Of a stretch of DNA of 64,000 nucleotides, positions 19,865 to 29,197 are shown one piece after another. Position 1 is the first letter of the stretch. The number at the start of each line of letters is the position of its first letter. The notes beneath the pieces were generated by a model that saw only the letters and a program-made list of their open reading frames with translations, was not told the origin of the DNA and did not search any database. The position numbers and the translations under genes were made by a program. The stretch is from a bacterium (GTDB taxonomy: Bacteria > Vulcanimicrobiota > JABDET01), in the NCBI GenBank assembly GCA_021800275.1, contig JAJYZB010000003.1, forward strand, positions 680-64,679, given 5' to 3'.

Positions 19865-20979
19865 TGTATTAAAGAAGTCCTCTCATATTCAATGTTTAAC
19901 AGCAAAGCGATACAGATGAGATTAACGATCAAACTTGTTCCCGCCGAACTAATAAATGGAAGCGGTATCCCAGTAATCGGCATAATCCCAATGGTCATTC
20001 CGATATTGATAACAATGTGGACTAAAAACAGGGAAACAATACCACAGGCTAATAGTTTTCCCAGTTTATCTTCTGTTTCCAGCGCAATTTTAGTCCCGTA
20101 CCAGAGGATGGAAAAATACAGCAACAGCAAGAAAAAAGACCCTATCCATCCCAACTGCTCTGCAACCACAGTAAAAATAAAATCTGTGGCATGCTGCGGC
20201 ACAAACTGGAGAGTTGTCTGGCCGCCTTGAAAAAGTCCTTTTCCCAGCACTCTTCCAGATCCTACCGCAATTAAAGCCTGGATCAAATTCCATCCGCTTC
20301 CTGTTGGGTGTTTGAAAGGATGCAAAAATCCTAGCAGTCTTTCCCACTGATAGGGTTTCATAACTTTAAACATGCCTGCAGCACCTGCAGCAATTGTGCC
20401 TAAAAGATACAAAGGATTAACTCCTGCAAAAAATGAGATAAAAAGAAAAAGAGAAGCTAAAAGAATAGACGTTCCCATGTCAGGCTGTATTAAAACTAAA
20501 AAAAGGGGGAAAATAGTTAAAATACCCGCTTTCAAAAAAGCCATTAAACCGGATGGATTTTCCTGCTCCGAAAAAAAAACACACAAAGCAAGGATCAGGG
20601 CTAATTTAGCAACTTCAGAGGGTTCAAAACTTAAGGCTCCAATTCCAATCCATCTCTGAGAACCATAAGCAGAATGCCCTTTTAGGCGCACTGCCAGCAG
20701 GAGTAAAATAGAAATGCCATAAAAAAAATAACTCAAACGAATGGACACAGGAAATTTTTTAAACGTAAAATCCCATTTGCAAATTTTTTTATACCCCAGA
20801 ATAAAAACAACAGACGCTGACAATGAGCCCACGAAAAAAGCGAGGAGTTGTTTTCCCGCAGTCGAAAATCCAAAATCTCTATAAGTAGCTGTGTAAATCA
20901 TTAAAATTCCGAAAGCGGCTAAAAGTAGAGTTGACAGAACAATAATCCAATTTATTCGGGAGTACCAGGGTTTGTACAT
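19861..20979 (-). CDS. rodA: Rod shape-determining protein (SEDS family)
   Basis: GSQRWI, EPSEVAK, QPDMGT, TDFIF, PITGIPLPFIS; many transmembrane segments. Confidence 0.9.
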   Translation of the reverse strand: MYKPWYSRINWIIVLSTLLLAAFGILMIYTATYRDFGFSTAGKQLLAFFVGSLSASVVFILGYKKICKWDFTFKKFPVSIRLSYFFYGISILLLLAVRLKGHSAYGSQRWIGIGALSFEPSEVAKLALILALCVFFSEQENPSGLMAFLKAGILTIFPLFLVLIQPDMGTSILLASLFLFISFFAGVNPLYLLGTIAAGAAGMFKVMKPYQWERLLGFLHPFKHPTGSGWNLIQALIAVGSGRVLGKGLFQGGQTTLQFVPQHATDFIFTVVAEQLGWIGSFFLLLLYFSILWYGTKIALETEDKLGKLLACGIVSLFLVHIVINIGMTIGIMPITGIPLPFISSAGTSLIVNLICIALLLNIEYERTSLIQ

Positions 20980-20986
20980 TGAATTT

Positions 20987-22327
20987 TTATTTCTCTTTTA
21001 GAAGATCTTCGATAAAGGTTACATAAATATCTGCTTTTTGAACAGCATCATGGCGAACCAATCTTCTCTGAAAATCAAGATTTGTGGCAATTCCAGCAAT
21101 TTCAGATTCATCCAGGGCTGATCTCAATTTCCTCAAAGCTTCCTGACGGTTTTTCCCATAAACGATCAATTTTCCAATCATGCTGTCATAAAAAGGAGGG
21201 ATAGAGTCTCCTATGCGCAGATGCGAATCTATTCGAATTCCTGGACCCCCTGCCCAGTGGAGTTTAGTAATCGTGCCTGATGATGGAGCAAAAGTTTGAG
21301 GATCCTCAGCGTTAATGCGACACTCAATAGCATGACCTTGAATCACAACCTGCTCCTGTTTAAAGCCAAGCTTTTCTCCTGAAGCAATTAAAATCTGCTC
21401 TTTAACCAGATCCATTCCGGTTACCATTTCTGTTACCGGATGTTCTACCTGAATTCTGGCATTGACCTCAATCATATAAAAATTTCCATTGGGCTCCATT
21501 AAAAATTCAACTGTTCCTGCGCCTGAATACTGGACAGATTGAGCCATTCGAACTGCCATTTTCTGCATCTTTTCTCGCACGGCATGACTCACGACAGAGG
21601 AGGGAGCTTCTTCCATGACCTTCTGATGTTTTCTCTGAAGAGAGCATTCACGCTCACCGAGCGCTGCGGCATTCCCCAAGCGGTCTCCTAAAATTTGGAC
21701 CTCTATGTGCCGAGGGCGAACCAGATACTTCTCAAGATACACTCGAGAATCTCCAAAAGCAGCTTCTGCTTCACCCTGAGCTAAAGGAAGATTTTTTTCA
21801 AGTTCTTTAGCAGAGAGTGCGGTTCGCATTCCTTTCCCCCCACCCCCTGCGGCCGCCTTGATCATGACTGGAAATTCAATTTTTTTAGCTTCTTTTAATG
21901 CCTGCTCAAGGGTCTCAACCACTTTTGTGCCAGGAATAACTGGAATACCGGATTTCTGAGCAATTTCTCTTGCCCTGGCTTTATCTCCCAATTGACTCAT
22001 AGCTTCTGCCGATGGGCCGATGAAAGTTAGATTGTGACTCTGACAAATTTCCGCGAATTGAGGATTTTCCGAAAGAAACCCATACCCAGGATGTACGGCA
22101 TCAGCTCCTGAAATCAAAGCCGCGCTGACGATATTATGAGCGTTTAAATAGCTTTTAACGGCTGGCGGAGGTCCTATGCAGATAGATTGATCCGCAAGCT
22201 TCACATGCAGAGAATTTCGATCGGCTTCTGAAAAAATGGAAACCGTTGGAATTCCAAGTTCTCTACAAGCGCGAATAATGCGAACTGCGATTTCACCTCG
22301 ATTTGCGATTAAAATTTTACGAAACAT
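20987..22327 (-). CDS. accC: Acetyl-CoA carboxylase, biotin carboxylase subunit
   Basis: ANRGEIA, HPGYGFLSEN, GGGGKGMR, RECSLQR, RIQVEHPVTE, ECRINAED. Confidence 0.96.
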   Translation of the reverse strand: MFRKILIANRGEIAVRIIRACRELGIPTVSIFSEADRNSLHVKLADQSICIGPPPAVKSYLNAHNIVSAALISGADAVHPGYGFLSENPQFAEICQSHNLTFIGPSAEAMSQLGDKARAREIAQKSGIPVIPGTKVVETLEQALKEAKKIEFPVMIKAAAGGGGKGMRTALSAKELEKNLPLAQGEAEAAFGDSRVYLEKYLVRPRHIEVQILGDRLGNAAALGERECSLQRKHQKVMEEAPSSVVSHAVREKMQKMAVRMAQSVQYSGAGTVEFLMEPNGNFYMIEVNARIQVEHPVTEMVTGMDLVKEQILIASGEKLGFKQEQVVIQGHAIECRINAEDPQTFAPSSGTITKLHWAGGPGIRIDSHLRIGDSIPPFYDSMIGKLIVYGKNRQEALRKLRSALDESEIAGIATNLDFQRRLVRHDAVQKADIYVTFIEDLLKEK

Positions 22328-22747
22328 TCAAAATTCCAAAGTGAACAAAACTTTCCCGAAATCAACCATGTCTCCCTCTGCCGCATGAATTTCAAGAAGT
22401 CTGCCAGATTTTTCAATCTCAAGTGGATAAACAACGTTAATAGAAGTTATAAAACCAAGCTCTTTACCGTCTGAAATAACAGACCCGATTTCAGGCATTT
22501 TATCGGGGAAATGGAAGATTCCCACAACAGAAGATCGAATTTGAAAAGTATGGTCATCATTCTTTTTTTCATTCTCAAGTTCTAGAGACTGCTCCTGATA
22601 CGGAGAAATGGCTCCTTTTTTTCTGCGAAACTTAAACCCAAGTCCTTCTTTTTTCCAACTCAACTCAATCATATCAGAATCTTTAATTTGACTTAATAAT
22701 TCGTTTAATTCTTCTAAAAATTGCGGCATGTTCCAGGCTGAGGACAT
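22328..22747 (-). CDS. BCCP/AccB-like protein lacking the biotinylation lysine
   Basis: AccB architecture and position before accC; biotinyl domain (IRSSVVGIF...EGDMVDFGKVLFTLE) but FITSINVVYPL where IIEAMKLMNEI is expected. Confidence 0.8.
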   Translation of the reverse strand: MSSAWNMPQFLEELNELLSQIKDSDMIELSWKKEGLGFKFRRKKGAISPYQEQSLELENEKKNDDHTFQIRSSVVGIFHFPDKMPEIGSVISDGKELGFITSINVVYPLEIEKSGRLLEIHAAEGDMVDFGKVLFTLEF

Positions 22748-22756
22748 AAAGTTATT

Positions 22757-23365
22757 TTATCCTGAATGGAGGGTAATCCCACGATCTCTTGCCAGCTCTG
22801 AGGCTAGAGGAGTGACAATCGTTCCTTTAGGAAGAATTAAAGAGCGAATCCCTTTCTCCAGAAACTTCACCATGTCTTCATAAGTTACTACCTTCTGGAC
22901 GGCTGCTGCTTCCCTGCCAGAATCCTGTATCTCGAATTCAATGCCAAAATTTTTTGTTCTCTCAATCAGTTCAGATAGGGATTGAAAAAGAACTTTGTTC
23001 TTGTTTTTCCAAAAATTTCGCTGATCCCATTTAGGATCCGTAATCTTGACCTTGCAGCCCTCTAACAAAACCTGGCCAACAGCCTCTAAAAAAGGGGTAT
23101 TCCAAATTAAATGGGCCAATTTACTCAGGCTTGCAGCAGACAGATGAATAATTTCAATCCCATCCAATTCCTGAACTTGAAAACTCATTCCGGGTTTCCA
23201 TAAAATCCGATCCGATGGCAGACTGCCAGGAGACCAATTGGGATCATCTGAGAATAGCAAGACTTTACCCTTAAGAGAAATGGGTTCTGGCTGCATTTTA
23301 TTCAGAACCTGAAGGGTAACCTGCTCCACAAGCGAGCGAAGACGATTGGAGTCAGGAAGCTCCAT
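22757..23365 (-). CDS. Microcompartment-associated protein with N-terminal encapsulation peptide
   Basis: N-terminal amphipathic helix RLRSLVEQVTLQVL; C-terminal VVTYEDM...GTIVTPLASELARDRGI motif typical of Eut/Pdu accessory proteins; follows the BMC shell gene. Confidence 0.65.
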   Translation of the reverse strand: MELPDSNRLRSLVEQVTLQVLNKMQPEPISLKGKVLLFSDDPNWSPGSLPSDRILWKPGMSFQVQELDGIEIIHLSAASLSKLAHLIWNTPFLEAVGQVLLEGCKVKITDPKWDQRNFWKNKNKVLFQSLSELIERTKNFGIEFEIQDSGREAAAVQKVVTYEDMVKFLEKGIRSLILPKGTIVTPLASELARDRGITLHSG

Positions 23366-23371
23366 TATTTT

Positions 23372-23683
23372 TTAAGCTTTTGCCTTTTCAAGCCTTTCTT
23401 GTGGAAGACCAATGGGCAAAACTTTGTCCAGATCAGTATGGGGCCTTGGTATCACGTGAACTGCTACCAATTCCCCGATTTTCCGCGCGGCTGCCGCTCC
23501 TGCATCTGTTGCTGCTCGAACTGCTGCCACATCCCCGCGCACAATGGCTGTAACAAGTCCTCCTCCAATTTTCTCATAGGCGGCGAGTTTTACATTAGCC
23601 GCCTTGCACATGGCATCTGAAGCTTCAACCATGGCAACCAATCCTCGCGTTTCGATCATTCCTAAAGCTTCATAAGTGGTCAT
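23372..23683 (-). CDS. BMC-H hexameric shell protein (EutM/PduA-like)
   Basis: [41 protein letters not shown]; AAGGAGG before ATG at 23683. Confidence 0.95.
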   Translation of the reverse strand: MTTYEALGMIETRGLVAMVEASDAMCKAANVKLAAYEKIGGGLVTAIVRGDVAAVRAATDAGAAAARKIGELVAVHVIPRPHTDLDKVLPIGLPQERLEKAKA

Positions 23684-23823
23684 TTTGTCCTCCTTTAAAT
23701 TCGGCTCTTTAAAGAACCTTACATCCTCTTTCAACCGCAGCCGCTTCAGCAGGTTGTCGTTTAAATGATAGCTATTCTCGGCATTTTCGGCAGAACTGCC
23801 TTTTCCTCCTTTATCTTTGCAGC

Positions 23824-24212
23824 AGGCGTTATTCCCATATTATGCACATAGTCTCTTCAATTCAAGGAAAACTTGACGGCAGAAAATCTTCACTGGATTT
23901 ATTAAAAGCTTCTTTTCCAGCAGGAACTGTCACAGGAGCCCTAAAGGTTCGCGCCATGCAGATCATTCAAGAATTAGAACGCTCTCCACGCGGACCCTAT
24001 AGTGGCTGTGTGGGATACTATAATTTTTCAGGAGATCTGGATACCTGCATTACGATCCGCGCCATTGTAATGTAAAGTAAAAAATTTGGCTTCAGGCAGG
24101 AGCATGAATTGTGGCAGATTCTACTCCAGAAATGGAATACAGGGAAACTTTAAATAAAATGGAAGGGATAAAGAAAGCTGTAAAACTGGCTGAAAATGGC
24201 TTGAAGCTTTAA
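23824..24212 (+). pseudogene. trpE: Anthranilate synthase component I, C-terminal remnant
   Basis: [10 protein letters not shown]...[18 protein letters not shown]...[10 protein letters not shown]...LDTCITIR; TAA at 24073, frameshift near 24080, TGA at 24105 inside QAGA*IVADS; no 5' portion. Confidence 0.88.
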
Positions 24213-24223
24213 AGGCTGAACTT

Positions 24224-24802
24224 ATGATTATCATGATTGACAACTATGACTCTTTCACCTACAACATTGTTCAGTATTTAGGGGAACTTGGAGGCGAAGT
24301 CCTTGTTTTTCGAAATGATGAAACAACTCCTGAGCAAATAAACCGCTTAAATCCTGAAGGGATCGTGATCTCTCCAGGACCTGGAACTCCTCTTGAAAGT
24401 GGAATCTCCAATGAAGTGATCCGAGAATTTGGAAGTCGAATCCCTGTCCTCGGAGTCTGTCTTGGACACCAGTGTATTGCTCATGTTTTTGGAGGGAAAG
24501 TGGTTGAAGCCCCTCGCCTTATGCACGGAAAATCCTCTCCTATCTATCATGACCAGAAAACAATCTATCAGGGACTCCCCAATCCTTTTGAAGCAGGGAG
24601 ATATCATTCTTTAATTGTTTCAGAGGATTCTCTCCCACCTTCTCTGGAGGTCACAGCCTTTACAAAAGAAGGAGAGATCATGGGAATAAGACACAAAGAA
24701 TTTTCCATTGAAGGAGTACAATTTCACCCTGAAAGCATTTTAACCCGAGAAGGAAAGCTGCTCCTAAAAAACTTTTTAATTTTTACAAACAACTCTCATT
24801 AA
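24224..24802 (+). CDS. trpG: Anthranilate/aminodeoxychorismate synthase component II (glutamine amidotransferase)
   Basis: IDNYDSFTYN, SPGPG, GVCLGHQ, RYHSL, QFHPES. Confidence 0.9.
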   Translation: MIIMIDNYDSFTYNIVQYLGELGGEVLVFRNDETTPEQINRLNPEGIVISPGPGTPLESGISNEVIREFGSRIPVLGVCLGHQCIAHVFGGKVVEAPRLMHGKSSPIYHDQKTIYQGLPNPFEAGRYHSLIVSEDSLPPSLEVTAFTKEGEIMGIRHKEFSIEGVQFHPESILTREGKLLLKNFLIFTNNSH

Positions 24803-24841
24803 AACGTCAGCACGTCTCAAAACCGATGCAAAGGAAATCAT

Positions 24842-25209
24842 ATGGCTTCTTTTAAAAAATTTTTAATAAAACTTTAAAAAAAGAAAACTTGAACCTGACA
24901 GAAGCTTTCCAGGCTTTTAAACTGCTCTCTCAGGACCAGGAGCTTCTTTCTTCACAAATTGCTGCATTCTTAACTGCCATCCATCTCCCCGTCGTGGTCG
25001 ATCCAAGTCATGCGGCAGGCCAGAGAGATTTAGTTCCTAGCCTGGCAAAAGGGGGAATAGCAGTAGGGGCAGATGGTTTAATCATAGAAGTTCACCCTGA
25101 ACCAGAAAGAGCTCTGTCAGATGGAGCCCAGTCCCTCACCCCACCCATGTTCAGCCAGTTAATGAAAGAACTTCACTCGGTGGCAGAAGCAGTTGGGAGA
25201 AAACTTTAG
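24842..25209 (+). pseudogene. Chimeric remnant: TrpD-like N-terminus joined to DAHP synthase (AroF class I-beta) C-terminus
   Basis: [11 protein letters not shown]...NLNLTEA...QIAAFLTA (TrpD-like) runs directly into [13 protein letters not shown]...[24 protein letters not shown]. Confidence 0.8.
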
Positions 25210-25215
25210 CGGCTT

Positions 25216-25869
25216 TTAGGGTGCACTTTCACTGCCGGTAATGATGCCTTTTTTAATAGCGTATTTAATCAATTCAGAACGATTGTCCAATCCCAGCTTT
25301 TCCATGACGTGGGCTAAATGAGTCTGCACTGTTTTAACAGAAATAAAAAGTTTCTTAGAAATCTCGCGGGTGGAGGCTCCCTCTTTCAGAAGATCAAAAA
25401 TCTCCTGTTCTCTCGAAGTCAATAGATTTTTATCCCGAGATCGAGATTCCACCTGGAAATATTCCTGGATAAGAGTTTGAGTCATGGCTGGGGAAAGATA
25501 AGATTTGCCTTGATAAACTGTTTTAATAGCCAGAAGGAGTTCTGTGCTTGCTGTATCTTTTAAAATATAACCTGAAGCTCCATCTTCCAAAACCTTAAAA
25601 AAATACTCTTGAGAATCATGCTGGGTTAAAATTAAAACTTTAATTTCAGGAAAAAACTGTTTAATGTTTTTTGTTGCTTCCAGACCATTCATCCCAGGCA
25701 TTCCAATATCCATGAGAACCACTTCAGGATTCATTTCTTTAACCATGTCAATCGCTTGTTCCCCATTAGACGCCTCACCAACCACTTGAATCTCGGGATC
25801 CGTTTCCAAAAGCCCTTTAAGCCCCTCGCGCAAGATACGATGATCATCCGCAATCAAAACCCGTATCAT
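25216..25869 (-). CDS. NarL/LuxR family response regulator
   Basis: IADDH, LMDIGMP, GYILK; HTH LTSREQEI...ISVKTVQTH. Confidence 0.95.
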   Translation of the reverse strand: MIRVLIADDHRILREGLKGLLETDPEIQVVGEASNGEQAIDMVKEMNPEVVLMDIGMPGMNGLEATKNIKQFFPEIKVLILTQHDSQEYFFKVLEDGASGYILKDTASTELLLAIKTVYQGKSYLSPAMTQTLIQEYFQVESRSRDKNLLTSREQEIFDLLKEGASTREISKKLFISVKTVQTHLAHVMEKLGLDNRSELIKYAIKKGIITGSESAP

Positions 25870-26948
25870 GTTAACAGAGCAACCCTTCCAGGCACTGGGA
25901 TAGAAGCCTTAATGTGGCACCCATGACCTGGTGAAGACACAACTTCAAACTTCCCCGACAAAATTTTAACTCTTTCTTGCATTCCTAAAAGACCTATATG
26001 GGCTTTATTCTCTCCGTCAAAACTAGAGTCCTCGTGCAGATTAAATCCAATACCATCATCTCTGATCTCCAGCACGAAAGAACCCTGTGTGGAATAAAAA
26101 CTCAAATTAACATGACGAGCATTTGAATGTTTAACAATATTGGAAATCGCTTCTTGAGCCAATCTAAAAAAAGTTGCTTCAATTTCAGGCGGAAGTCTTT
26201 CGTTCTCAATTTTCCAAGAGAATTTAACTTGAATCCCCTGTTTTTCAAGATGCTGCCGAGCGATCCACAATAAAGCAGCTTTTAATCCCAGATCATCCAG
26301 AACTGAAGGTCTGAGATGATAAGCGAGATTTCTCAGAGAGGCAAGAGCTGTTTCAGAAAGGTCTTTCAAGTTATCCGCTTCCTCTACCATATTCTGACGA
26401 TTTCGATCCGTTTTTGAACACACTGCGCAAGATATTTTAAGTCTCTCCAATCCTATATTAAGCATCACTAAAATCTGATTCGTTTCATCATGCAGTTCTC
26501 TGGAAATTCTCTTTCTCTCTTCTTCCTGTGCAGAGATCACTTGCCCTGCCAGCCACTGAGAATGTTTTCTCTCTTTTTCTAAGGCATCCAGCATTTGATT
26601 AAAAGCCTGCTCAAACTCCTGAATAAAATGGGTCTCTCCTTGGGTTTGTTCAGCTCTTATTTTTAAATCCCCACCAGCCACTCGATTCATAGTTTCAGTC
26701 AATTTCTCAAAGGGACGAAAAGTCACCTGAATCAGAAAATAATTTAACGTAATAAAAATGCCGCCGATCACGATGATGATTATATCTCTATAATCAATTG
26801 GGGTCTTTTCAATATACCGATTAATATGCCAGAGAAAAGCCACGACAAGCCACAAAAAAATAACAACGGCATTAATCATTAAAATTTTATGTCGGACTGT
26901 CGAAAGATGCGTTGTCTTTCCTCGACTGGCACCAGGTGGTTTAGACAT
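25866..26948 (-). CDS. Membrane sensor histidine kinase (2 TM, HAMP, HisKA_3, HATPase)
   Basis: EEERKRISRELHDE, QEAISNIVKHS, DDGIGF, GLLGMQER; 4-nt overlap with the regulator. Confidence 0.93.
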   Translation of the reverse strand: MSKPPGASRGKTTHLSTVRHKILMINAVVIFLWLVVAFLWHINRYIEKTPIDYRDIIIIVIGGIFITLNYFLIQVTFRPFEKLTETMNRVAGGDLKIRAEQTQGETHFIQEFEQAFNQMLDALEKERKHSQWLAGQVISAQEEERKRISRELHDETNQILVMLNIGLERLKISCAVCSKTDRNRQNMVEEADNLKDLSETALASLRNLAYHLRPSVLDDLGLKAALLWIARQHLEKQGIQVKFSWKIENERLPPEIEATFFRLAQEAISNIVKHSNARHVNLSFYSTQGSFVLEIRDDGIGFNLHEDSSFDGENKAHIGLLGMQERVKILSGKFEVVSSPGHGCHIKASIPVPGRVALLT

Positions 26949-27237
26949 CCTTTTCTCACCTCTGCCATTTTATTGGCAAAATTGAAATATGTTTCATCTC
27001 CCTCAGCGTCAACGCTCAGGTGGGAGCTACTTTAATAATACTTCCATTTCACAGGCTAGTCCTTCCAATTCGGTCTGATTTTTACTCAGACATTCTCCTA
27101 TTTTTTATCCTGCAAAAGTTTGCGACTATAACTCATGGATAAATCCTCCTGAATCGGATAGATTTTAGGAAAGAAGTTCTGGTAAAATAAAATCATAAGA
27201 AAATATTTAAAAATAATTTACTAAAGGAGATAAAATC

Positions 27238-27621
27238 ATGTTAAAAACAGAATCTTTTAAAATGACAACAGAACACCTTTGGAGTGGAGCTGCAGTTTTA
27301 ACCATTCATGGAGAAGCAGATATATTAACAACCCCTGATATAGAAAGAGAAATAGAGTGGGTGATCAGTGCTCATGTCAATAATCTTCTGATCAACCTGT
27401 CCCACGCCACATTTCTGGACTGCAACTTTTTATCGGCTTTAATCCGAAAAAAGCGAGCTGTTTCTAAACGAGGCGGAAAATTCGCTTTAATTTTTAACAA
27501 TCCTCAATTTCATAAAATCTTTTACTTAACAGGATTAAACGCAGTCTTCACCCTCTTTGAAACTCAAGAGGCTGCAGTAAATTTCCTTTTGGAAACGAGA
27601 GAACTGGCTGTTGCTGTTTAA
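27238..27621 (+). CDS. STAS-domain anti-sigma factor antagonist
   Basis: GEADI, INLSHATFLDC, IFYLTGL; AAGGAG RBS. Confidence 0.8.
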   Translation: MLKTESFKMTTEHLWSGAAVLTIHGEADILTTPDIEREIEWVISAHVNNLLINLSHATFLDCNFLSALIRKKRAVSKRGGKFALIFNNPQFHKIFYLTGLNAVFTLFETQEAAVNFLLETRELAVAV

Positions 27622-27641
27622 AACAAAAAACGAAAAAAATT

Positions 27642-29048
27642 CTAAACTTTCTCTTTCGCCTTGCCAGGAATTCCAACTTCTGTCATCCCCGGCAGGTCTA
27701 AAATTTCGTCCAATTTCTCTTTAGGAAGAAGTCCTCTCTCCAGAATCAAATCCCGAATTCTTTTTCCTGTTTTTTGAGATTCTTTCGCGATTTCAGCGGC
27801 TTTCAAGTATCCAACATAAGGGTTAAGGGCAGTCACAATCGCCAAAGATTTCTCCGCGTAATCTTCACACTTTTCTTTATCGGCTTGAACTCCTGAAACA
27901 CACTTGTCAGAAAAAGCTTCTAGAGCGTTCCCTAAAATGGAAATGCTGGTTGGAAGCAGATAAGCTAAAAGCGGCATCATCACATTTAGTTCCAACTGAC
28001 CCGCTTGAACCGCAGAAGAAACTCCAGAATCACAGCCCACAACATAAAAGCAGACCATGTTCAACATTTCAGCTAAAACAGGATTCACTTTACCTGGCAT
28101 AATTGAACTACCAGGCTGAACAGCCGGCAGGATTAGTTCTGCCAACCCAGTGTTGGGTCCAGAGGCTAAAAGTCTGAAATCATTCGCAATGCGAATCAGA
28201 TCAAGGGCTAAATTTTTTACGCCCGATGAAATAAAAGCAAACACAGCCATAGACTGCATCGCTTCAAAATAATTTGCTGCAGGTTTAAGAGGAAAGCCTG
28301 TCTGCAGGCTCAGTTGACTCGCGACTTTTTTCCGATAAGAGGGATGGGAATTTAATCCTGTTCCAACTGCAGTGCCGCCTAATCCAATGGCATAAAGATT
28401 CTCAGAAGTTTTTGAAATTCTTTCTTTATGTCTCGTCATATTTGCGGCATAGCCAGAAAACTCTTGTCCCAGCCGAATTGGGGTCGCATCCTGGAGATGA
28501 GTTCTGCCAGATTTTATCACAGGATAAAGTTCACACGATTTTTTTAAAAAAATCTGTTCTAATTTTTCGAGTTTTAACAGAAACTCTTTGATTCCAAATA
28601 AAACAGCCAGACGAATCGCTGTGGGAATCACATCATTTGTGCTCTGTCCCATATTGACATGGTCATTTGGATTAATGAAATCGTAGTCTCCTTTTTTATG
28701 CCCTGAAAGCTCTAGAGCGCGGTTAGCAATCACTTCATTGATATTCATGTTGTGGCTGGTTCCTGCTCCTGCCTGAAAAACATCTACCACAAATTGATCC
28801 ATTAATCTCCCTGAGAGAATTTCATCACACGCTTTTACGATCGCTTCTGCTTTGTCATTAGGAAGAAGTCCTAATTCTTTATGAACTAGAGTTGCGGCTT
28901 TCTTAATTTCAACTGTTCCTCTAATAAAACCGGGATGAGCTTTCCATCCGCTGATCGGAAAATTTTCAACAGCTCTAGCAGTTTGAACCCCATAGTAGAG
29001 TTCATCGTGAAGTTCTTTTGTTCCAAGGGAATCTTTCTCTGTTCTCAT
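27642..29048 (-). CDS. aspA: Aspartate ammonia-lyase / class II fumarase family
   Basis: RTEKDSLG, QAGAGTSHNMNINEV, QSTND, GRTHLQDA, GSSIMPGKVNP. Confidence 0.88.
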   Translation of the reverse strand: MRTEKDSLGTKELHDELYYGVQTARAVENFPISGWKAHPGFIRGTVEIKKAATLVHKELGLLPNDKAEAIVKACDEILSGRLMDQFVVDVFQAGAGTSHNMNINEVIANRALELSGHKKGDYDFINPNDHVNMGQSTNDVIPTAIRLAVLFGIKEFLLKLEKLEQIFLKKSCELYPVIKSGRTHLQDATPIRLGQEFSGYAANMTRHKERISKTSENLYAIGLGGTAVGTGLNSHPSYRKKVASQLSLQTGFPLKPAANYFEAMQSMAVFAFISSGVKNLALDLIRIANDFRLLASGPNTGLAELILPAVQPGSSIMPGKVNPVLAEMLNMVCFYVVGCDSGVSSAVQAGQLELNVMMPLLAYLLPTSISILGNALEAFSDKCVSGVQADKEKCEDYAEKSLAIVTALNPYVGYLKAAEIAKESQKTGKRIRDLILERGLLPKEKLDEILDLPGMTEVGIPGKAKEKV

Positions 29049-29197
29049 AACCCTTAAGCTAGTTTCGCAAAAAGCTGATTTTCCCTCCATTCTGCGGGTT
29101 TATTTTTCCAAAACATTTTGAGTTTCCTAATAGAAATAAAGCAGACTCTCATCCAGGAGCTCATGAAATTTATTTTCAATTAATTATAAATAAACAT

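Noticed and set aside
27010-27150. AGGAGG-led short ORF (MSYSRKLLQDKK*) upstream of the histidine kinase
   Set aside because: Only 12 codons and no recognisable family; could be decay but is unsupported
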